From Ascoidea asiatica JCM 7603 (Eukaryota > Fungi > Ascomycota): a stretch of 5,371 nucleotides of DNA. This document shows positions 1 through 5,371 of the stretch, piece by piece. The notes beneath the pieces were generated by a model. It was not told where the DNA came from. It ran no database searches and worked only from the letters and a program-made list of their open reading frames with translations. Positions within the stretch are counted from its first letter, which is position 1; every line of letters starts with the position of its first letter. The position numbers were made by a program, and so were the translations under genes. The stretch is from contig BCKQ01000010.1 in the NCBI GenBank assembly GCA_001600695.1, positions 107,756-113,126 on the forward strand, read 5' to 3'.

Positions 1-1
1 A

Positions 2-1768
2 AATAGATATTCTTTCAATGAAAGAAATACCGAAGAAAAGAACCATGAATGTAAGAAGAAATCTACTAAAAAATCTATACAGAAAAATAATCAAGAAAAT
101 TTTCAAATTTTGAAAGGGGAACAAATTGGAAAACTTAGCACAAATACTTCTAAAACTTTTGAGAAACCAGAATTTGAGTATGATAATAAAAGCCATAAAG
201 AGCCCCATGAAATTTCAACTAATATTGCCAAGATCCCTAAAATTATCCAACACAAAATTCCCAGGGAAAGTTCAATCAAGTTTTCAAAAAAAGTTTCAAG
301 CGAGACTTTTAAAACGACTTCTCAGATAACCTCAAAAATTTTAGAATCTGGACCTTCAAATAGTAAGTTAATCAAAATTATTAAAAGGAGACGTGTCAAA
401 ACTATACATAATACCAAAATCAAAGAAGCTTCAAATAAGATGTCTAATAAAACATTTAAAAAAAAAGTTTCTAGAATCTCGCATAAAAGCAAAAGCCCAA
501 TCAGAAACAAAAGTTCTAAAAGAATAACCATTAAAGGTACAAACCAATCCCTCAAAAGTTCAAGCAAATCAGTTAATGGAACAGTAAGCAAAATTCTGAA
601 AGAACTTATAAAAAAAAATTATAACGGATGCTTTAAAATAAATTTCAAGAAATATCCCAAAAGAATACAGAATATAAATTCGAAGAAATCTCAGAAGAGT
701 ATACCCAAAGATATAATTTTAAAAAACCACTATGTTCATTCTTCCAACAAAAAATGGAATAGATATAATAGTTTAAAAAGATCCTTAAGCCAAACCTCGG
801 TGAAATCTATGAATGGAAAACCATTTCGAAGATATAGTCTAGCATCTAGTAAAGAGATAAGAAAAGCTTCTTTAAGAAGTTTGAGTAAACTTACAAATAA
901 AAATAGTCCAATAGAAAGTCGTCTTGGAGAATTAAAGCAAGCTCGTTTTCCTAAACTGCCTAAATCTATATTCAGATCTCCTGCTAGACTTAAACAGCAA
1001 AAAATAAGAGAAGCTTCACTAAAAGCTAAATATTCCAATCAATCAATACTCGATAAATATGTAGCAAAAAATAATCCTAGTATTCCAGAAACCCCTAAAA
1101 TCAAAAGTGCTAAAAAAATTCAAAACAAAATAAAACCATTATCAAAATCAAAGCCATTATCAAAATCAAAATTATTTTCAAAAGAACTTTCAAGAACAAA
1201 ATCTTTACCATTGATTAAACCGAAAAAAAAAATAAAGATCAAAAGTGAAAATCTTTTGAGTGAAAAAGAAAAATTAAGTTATGATTTGAAATTTTCTTTC
1301 GCTAATAAAGATTTTACAAACTTAATTCTTTTGAATACCATTAATTATTTGATTTATTTAACTAAGAATAGAATAAAAAAAATGCCAGAAACAGCAGATG
1401 AAATAAAAAGTATTTCAGTTAGATTATCTACTATAAATTATTTAGTTAAGAATCTTCAAAATGATAATGATTATTATAGACCATATAATTTTTTTCACAA
1501 TTCAAAAAAAAGTAACATATGGCTAAATAATTTAAAATTGATTGTTAATTTTGGTAAAGATGACGATATTAGTAATTTAGAAGAGAAAATTTTAAGAAAA
1601 TTACATAGTTTAACAAAAGAGATCCATGAATATTATCTTCCTCCATATAATGATAATTATCTATTAAATAATGAATTGGCAAGTGCAAATTTTATTTTGC
1701 TTTCAATAAGTAATGAATTAGGGGTTTGTTTGAAATTTTATAAATTTGATATAATAAAGAGTATATAA
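2..1768 (+). CDS. 5'-truncated hypothetical protein (>=588 aa in window): basic K/S/R-rich low-complexity region plus ~163-aa putative helical C-terminal domain
   Basis: The frame of ORF 110..1768 has no stop back to base 2 (NRYSFNERNTEEKNHECKKKSTKK...), so the TTG start at 110 is an ORF-caller artefact. A stop-free frame of about 1.77 kb in such AT-rich DNA is very unlikely by chance. It ends at TAA 1766-1768, followed by AT-rich terminator-like DNA. No family motif recognised. Confidence 0.85.
   Translation, partial: NRYSFNERNTEEKNHECKKKSTKKSIQKNNQENFQILKGEQIGKLSTNTSKTFEKPEFEYDNKSHKEPHEISTNIAKIPKIIQHKIPRESSIKFSKKVSSETFKTTSQITSKILESGPSNSKLIKIIKRRRVKTIHNTKIKEASNKMSNKTFKKKVSRISHKSKSPIRNKSSKRITIKGTNQSLKSSSKSVNGTVSKILKELIKKNYNGCFKINFKKYPKRIQNINSKKSQKSIPKDIILKNHYVHSSNKKWNRYNSLKRSLSQTSVKSMNGKPFRRYSLASSKEIRKASLRSLSKLTNKNSPIESRLGELKQARFPKLPKSIFRSPARLKQQKIREASLKAKYSNQSILDKYVAKNNPSIPETPKIKSAKKIQNKIKPLSKSKPLSKSKLFSKELSRTKSLPLIKPKKKIKIKSENLLSEKEKLSYDLKFSFANKDFTNLILLNTINYLIYLTKNRIKKMPETADEIKSISVRLSTINYLVKNLQNDNDYYRPYNFFHNSKKSNIWLNNLKLIVNFGKDDDISNLEEKILRKLHSLTKEIHEYYLPPYNDNYLLNNELASANFILLSISNELGVCLKFYKFDIIKSI
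1133..1186 (+). repeat. In-frame 18-bp tandem duplication (KPLSKS x2 plus degenerate KLFSKE)
   Basis: AAACCATTATCAAAATCA / AAGCCATTATCAAAATCA (17/18 identical), then AAATTATTTTCAAAAGAA. Confidence 0.8.
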
Positions 1769-1915
1769 AGCATATATTAGACTTAAATCTACAATTAAAT
1801 TTTAATAAAAATGATAAATATTTTATTTTCTGTTTAATTAAAATTTTTTAATTTTTATACATACATAATATTAAAACATAAGTTTTAAGGAAATTTATAC
1901 AAATAACACATTTAA
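1769..1915. terminator. Shared 3'-end/polyadenylation region of the two convergent genes
   Basis: 147-bp, extremely AT-rich spacer between two stop codons. + strand: TATATA at 1762-1767 (overlapping the stop) and AATAAA at 1804-1809. - strand: TATGTATGTATA (complement of 1856-1867, yeast efficiency-element-like), then AATAAA (complement of 1822-1827). These motifs are weakly specific in DNA this AT-rich. Confidence 0.55.
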
Positions 1916-4912
1916 TCAATCAACTTGATAAATGGATTCTAAATCAAAGCTTTCAACCTTTCTTTTTTCATTTGAGATTTTTTTATAGAAATCAGAATAA
2001 AAATTTAAACCACCTTCAAAGCTTTGAAGATCTTCAACAATTTTATTTTTCAATTTACTATGCTCAGCAATCGATAATTCAAAATTATTTGCAATTTCTT
2101 TTGCAGGATATTTCAAAATCATTCGACATTCCTTAGAAATTCTTAAAGAATTTGCATTTGCATAATCTAAATCATTTATTGATCTTACTAATTTTTTGGA
2201 GTATTTTCTTTTAAAAGCATTCGGAATATCACTTATAACCCAATAAACACCAAAGGCACTCATAGATAATAAAATCAAGTTTAAAGTTGATCTTGAAGTT
2301 AATGAGTTCATTATTGAATGTATATTATTTAAATTCGAAAGTATTAAATTTCTAGAGATTAATAATTTTGTCGATGAAGTTAAAAAAATTATTGAAAGAG
2401 AATTTTTCCAACTGAATTTATTTGCTAATTCAAGAGAATTTGAATTTGAGTTTGAAATTAAATTTTGATTTGGACCATGTATACCAATCGAATTAAAAAA
2501 TCTTTCAAAAGTTGGATCAAAAAAATCTAGTAAAGATATTGGTTCTTCAAGATTTCTGATAATTGTATCTCTTTTTTTTGTAAACATAAAATCATCTCTA
2601 AAAATCTTATTATTTAGCAATTCGTTTGAATTTAAAGAATTTTTACCAATTAATTTAATTTTTTCAACACCTTCTGAAGTTTTTTTTCTACAATAAGTTT
2701 CAGAAACTTCAACACTATTTAAAATTTTTGAGATCATTAAATTTTTTGTTTTTGTTGCATAATCATATAATGAAAAAAACCCAGAATATTTTATATTATT
2801 TTGATTATTATTAATTTGAGATAAATTGTTAATTGTATTTAATATGTTTTTTTTTGAAAATTGATAAACATCATTATTTATAAATTCTATTAAATCATCA
2901 ATTTGCTTATTTGAATTAACAGAATTTATCAAAAGTTTTTCATAAATCGGAGTTACTTTATTGAGTTCATTTGATAAAGTATTTTTTTCATTTAGATAAA
3001 TATTTTTGTTCAAGCTTGATAAAATTTCTAAATCATTGAGAAGCTTTATAAGATAATTTTTAGCAGGAGCTAATTTTGATAAAGATCTTTTTTCAAGAAT
3101 GAATTTTCTTAAAGAAGATTCTAAATGATCGAAATCTGGGTTACCATGTGGATGATTATTATTATTATTACTATTATTGTTAGGATCATTAGGATTATTA
3201 GAATCATTATAATTACTAGAAGAGTTTGGATTATAATCCGTGTTTTCTAAAACATCTGAAGAAGAAACAAAATGAACAAATTCTCTTGCATCTTTATGAG
3301 TATCAGGACTTAATTTTTGAACTTGATCAAGAATTCTTTTGATACATCTATTTTTATCTTTGATATTATCGAATTTATTGACAACAATAAATATGAAATT
3401 TTTATCTTTAGCAGCAGTTGTAATAAATTCTTTTGCAGATAGAGTGAAATGATTTTCAGCATTAACAACAAATACAACTAAATCAATTTCTTCTTGAGTT
3501 GAAAATACTTGAGTTGTTTGATAACTATCCATATTTAAGCCTGGAGCATCAATTAAAGCAATATCAATTATACCATTATTTAATAAAGAATGATTTTTTG
3601 ATCTATTATCTTTAATATAAACTTTTAAAATTGAATATAAATCAGATTGTTGTACTAAGAAATTTAAATCTTTTAAATCAAAAATTTTATAAGTTGATTC
3701 ATCATTAATATCATAAAACTTTGAAGTTAAATAAACAGCATGAACTTGTTCAATTGAATTATTTTGTTTTGAATCTATAACTTCACAAAATACATTTGTA
3801 CAAGGTTGTTGATCTTCAGGTAATAAATTTTTTCTTAATAAAGCATTACAAAAAGTTGACTTACCAGCATTTAAATCACCAGTTACAAAAACTTTGGAAG
3901 AAGTATCATCTAATCTTTCTTTTAAAGAATATAAATGCTTAATTTCAAAAGATAATTTATCATTTAATAATTGAGAAATTGCAGATTTATTCAAATTATT
4001 TAATAAATTATTATTATTCGATTGATCATCATATAAATTTAGATTTAAATTTAAATTTAAAATTTTAAAAGATAAATCTAAAGAAGAGTAATCAATTAAT
4101 TCCTTTTTTTTATCATCAATATTATTTTCTGCAGTATGAATATGATTATAATCCAGCAAAGAAGAAGATTGTAAAGAAGATAAAGTTGAATTTGAATTAG
4201 ATTTTGATAAAGAAGGTAAAGAAGGTATAGAAGAAATAGAAGATATAGATTGAATAGTTGATCTTCTATTTAAAGCAATTTTTGATTTATCATCAATTAA
4301 TAAATTATTATCCAAATTATTTTTTAGATTATTTATTGGATAAGTTATTAATCTTTTTTTAATTTCTAATTGTAAATTTGAAAGAAATTGAATGGAATTG
4401 GTTATTGAATTATTTAAATTTAATCTATTATCATTATAATGAATTTGAGATATATGAGAATTTAATAGTTCTTTATTTATATTATTATTATTTTTATTGA
4501 AGGAAGGGGAAGAAGAAGAAAAGGAAGAAGAAGAGAAGTTTGTAGTTGGATTCAGATTTGAAGGTGGACAATATATTATTGACGCTGGATTTTGATTATT
4601 TGATATCAAATCATCATTATTTAAGTTATTATTTAAATCATTACCTGAATCATTATTTGATGCATCATTTGAATCATTATATAAAGTATTGAAGAAATGT
4701 TTTTTATGTTTTTGAGTAAAATTTCGATTATAATTTTGAAATTGATTATTGTTATTAATATTATTATTATTATTGATTAGATTATTTGAGCGATATATAT
4801 TATCAGTATTGTTATTATTATTATTTTTGAAGCGACTATTATTATTTGCTAGATTATTTAAATGATTTAAATTATTTATAGTGTCTTGATTATTTATATT
4901 ATTATTTGCCAT
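1916..4912 (-). CDS. FZO1: Mitofusin Fzo1, dynamin-related GTPase of mitochondrial outer-membrane fusion (998 aa)
   Basis: GTPase motifs: G1 P-loop GDLNAGKS (3857-3880, in SKVFVTGDLNAGKSTFCNALL), G2 in LPEDQQPCTNVFCEV, G3 DAPG (3539-3550), G4 NKFD (3368-3379). Fungal Fzo1 signature segments: QEEIDLVVFVVNAENHFTLSAKEF, DFDHLESSLRKFILEKRSLSKLAPAK and the C-terminal YANANSLRISKECRMILKYP. Two closely spaced hydrophobic segments (~2354-2401, ~2234-2284) precede a C-terminal heptad region. Strong yeast-type start context AAAAAACA-ATG-G. Confidence 0.96.
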   Translation of the reverse strand: MANNNINNQDTINNLNHLNNLANNNSRFKNNNNNNTDNIYRSNNLINNNNNINNNNQFQNYNRNFTQKHKKHFFNTLYNDSNDASNNDSGNDLNNNLNNDDLISNNQNPASIIYCPPSNLNPTTNFSSSSFSSSSPSFNKNNNNINKELLNSHISQIHYNDNRLNLNNSITNSIQFLSNLQLEIKKRLITYPINNLKNNLDNNLLIDDKSKIALNRRSTIQSISSISSIPSLPSLSKSNSNSTLSSLQSSSLLDYNHIHTAENNIDDKKKELIDYSSLDLSFKILNLNLNLNLYDDQSNNNNLLNNLNKSAISQLLNDKLSFEIKHLYSLKERLDDTSSKVFVTGDLNAGKSTFCNALLRKNLLPEDQQPCTNVFCEVIDSKQNNSIEQVHAVYLTSKFYDINDESTYKIFDLKDLNFLVQQSDLYSILKVYIKDNRSKNHSLLNNGIIDIALIDAPGLNMDSYQTTQVFSTQEEIDLVVFVVNAENHFTLSAKEFITTAAKDKNFIFIVVNKFDNIKDKNRCIKRILDQVQKLSPDTHKDAREFVHFVSSSDVLENTDYNPNSSSNYNDSNNPNDPNNNSNNNNNHPHGNPDFDHLESSLRKFILEKRSLSKLAPAKNYLIKLLNDLEILSSLNKNIYLNEKNTLSNELNKVTPIYEKLLINSVNSNKQIDDLIEFINNDVYQFSKKNILNTINNLSQINNNQNNIKYSGFFSLYDYATKTKNLMISKILNSVEVSETYCRKKTSEGVEKIKLIGKNSLNSNELLNNKIFRDDFMFTKKRDTIIRNLEEPISLLDFFDPTFERFFNSIGIHGPNQNLISNSNSNSLELANKFSWKNSLSIIFLTSSTKLLISRNLILSNLNNIHSIMNSLTSRSTLNLILLSMSAFGVYWVISDIPNAFKRKYSKKLVRSINDLDYANANSLRISKECRMILKYPAKEIANNFELSIAEHSKLKNKIVEDLQSFEGGLNFYSDFYKKISNEKRKVESFDLESIYQVD
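3143..3240 (-). repeat. AAT-rich low-complexity tract (N/P/D/S loop) at the C-terminal end of the Fzo1 GTPase domain
   Basis: Encodes DYNPNSSSNYNDSNNPNDPNNNSNNNNNHPHG between the conserved-looking FVHFVSS and DFDHLE. Includes (ATT)5 at 3155-3169. Confidence 0.65.
4208..4252 (-). repeat. In-frame imperfect 9-bp repeat encoding QSI-SSI-SSI-PSL-PSL in Fzo1
   Basis: + strand units TAAAGAAGG TAAAGAAGG TATAGAAGA AATAGAAGA TATAGATTG. Confidence 0.65.
4721..4906 (-). repeat. Interrupted (AAT)n microsatellite-like tract encoding the Asn-rich N-terminus of Fzo1
   Basis: 34 of the first 64 codons are Asn, mostly AAT, in runs of up to 6. Confidence 0.75.
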
Positions 4913-4920
4913 TGTTTTTT
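4909..4920 (-). promoter_or_regulatory. Yeast-type translation initiation context of FZO1 (AAAAAACA ATG G)
   Basis: A-rich leader with A at -3 and G at +4 around the ATG at 4912-4910. Confidence 0.6.
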
Positions 4921-4968
4921 ATATTGGTATGTTTTAAGAATATTGAATAAAATAGAAGTGAGATTGAA

Positions 4969-4978
4969 TCGGCGGTTA
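4969..4978. promoter_or_regulatory. URS1-like element (candidate Ume6 / Zn2Cys6 site)
   Basis: TCGGCGGTTA is a 9/10 match to URS1 TCGGCGGCTA. It is an isolated GC-rich island 57-66 bp upstream of the FZO1 ATG. Confidence 0.4.
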
Positions 4979-5142
4979 ATGAATAAATGAATTTAAGTAA
5001 AAGTGAATAGAAGGAAAGCAAAAAAAAAGAAGCAAGTTTGGTGTTTCAAGGTATATTTAAGATAAATTCAGGAGAAGCAAAAGAAGTAAGGTATGTCAAA
5101 GAAGTAGAAATTGGAGTTTTTGAATTTGTATCTAAACTCGAA

Positions 5143-5191
5143 TTTCTTCTTGTTCTTCTAGTTCTTCTTGTTCTGTTTGTTCTTCTGGTTC
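5143..5191. repeat. Imperfect 9-bp tandem repeat (consensus GTTCTTCTT, ~5.4 copies)
   Basis: TTTCTTCTT GTTCTTCTA GTTCTTCTT GTTCTGTTT GTTCTTCTG GTTC read directly from the sequence. Confidence 0.8.
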
Positions 5192-5213
5192 AGAATCTCC
5201 TTGTTTTCATATG

Positions 5214-5367
5214 GTCACGTGTCTTACTGATTTCCTCGGAAGTGGTAAGTGAAATCGAATCAAAGAAAAAGAAAAGAAACGTGAAAAGAAACAAGAAAAA
5301 ACATGACATCAAGCACGTGAAAACATTAGTTATCACGCGGCCTTAATTATTTGCTAAGGCACGTGAT
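5214..5367. promoter_or_regulatory. Cluster of bHLH E-boxes (Cbf1/Tye7-type TCACGTG)
   Basis: CACGTG at 5216-5221 (GTCACGTG), 5314-5319 (CACGTGA) and 5360-5365 (CACGTGAT = ATCACGTG on -). One-mismatch copies AACGTGA at 5278-5284 and TCACGCG at 5333-5339. I saw no CACGTG elsewhere in the window. Confidence 0.7.
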
Positions 5368-5371
5368 ATTG

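Noticed and set aside
110-112. TTG start of the 552-aa ORF
   Set aside because: The frame is open to the window edge and the context is eukaryotic, so the true start is upstream.
126-329. 67-aa alternative-frame ORF
   Set aside because: Non-ATG start, nested in the long + strand CDS, no recognisable features.
322-1038. Antisense ORFs 322..591 and 736..1038
   Set aside because: Leu/Phe-rich shadows of the Lys-rich sense frame, with no independent coding evidence.
1836-1853. Short inverted repeat AATTAAAA-TT-TTTTAATT in the intergenic spacer
   Set aside because: All A/T and expected by chance; not a bacterial-type terminator.
4036-4070. Self-complementary (TTTAAA)n run encoding LNLNLNL, potential hairpin
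   Set aside because: Pure A/T low complexity explained by TTA-AAT codon repetition.
1916-4912. Bacterial dynamin-like protein / anti-phage system interpretation
   Set aside because: Sequence signatures are those of fungal Fzo1, with poly-Asn tracts, yeast start context and no operon structure.
5110-5114. CCAAT box on - strand (also 4923-4927)
   Set aside because: Only the 5-bp core, lacking the extended Hap2/3/5 context; frequent by chance.
5143-5191. Heat-shock element or CRISPR-like interpretation of the TTC-containing repeat
   Set aside because: The period is 9 bp with no alternating nGAAn/nTTCn units and no unique spacers.
4927-5250. Splice-donor-like GTATGT (4927, 5091) and GTAAGT (5245) on + strand
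   Set aside because: Opposite strand to FZO1, no TACTAAC branch point seen, and no exon to join.
5038-5346. 102-aa + strand ORF with hydrophobic LLVLLVLLV stretch
   Set aside because: Starts at TTG with no in-frame ATG. The hydrophobic run is just the 9-bp repeat and the basic tail is an A-rich tract. It overlaps the E-box promoter cluster.
5231-5367. Possible point centromere (CDEI ATCACGTG on - strand, TTCCGAG near 5235-5241 as CDEIII-like core)
   Set aside because: The intervening DNA is not a very AT-rich CDEII, the CDEIII flanks do not match, and multiple E-boxes fit a promoter better.

Overview
Very AT-rich eukaryotic DNA (roughly 20-25% GC by eye), most likely from a budding yeast (Saccharomycotina). 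It holds two intron-free, convergent protein-coding genes separated by a 147-bp AT-rich shared terminator region. On the + strand is the 3' part of an unrecognised gene. Its frame is open from base 2, so the real start lies upstream of the window; it encodes a long basic Lys/Ser/Arg-rich, probably disordered region followed by a ~163-aa helical-looking C-terminal domain. On the - strand is a complete 998-aa mitofusin (FZO1, dynamin-like GTPase for mitochondrial outer-membrane fusion) with Asn-rich expansions. The last ~460 bp are the FZO1 upstream region, possibly shared with a divergent gene outside the window. It contains a URS1(Ume6)-like element, a 9-bp tandem repeat and a dense cluster of TCACGTG (Cbf1/Tye7-type) E-boxes. 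I see no mobile element, RNA gene, CRISPR array or convincingly new multi-gene system. The best leads are the E-box cluster, the URS1-like site and the unrecognised basic protein.
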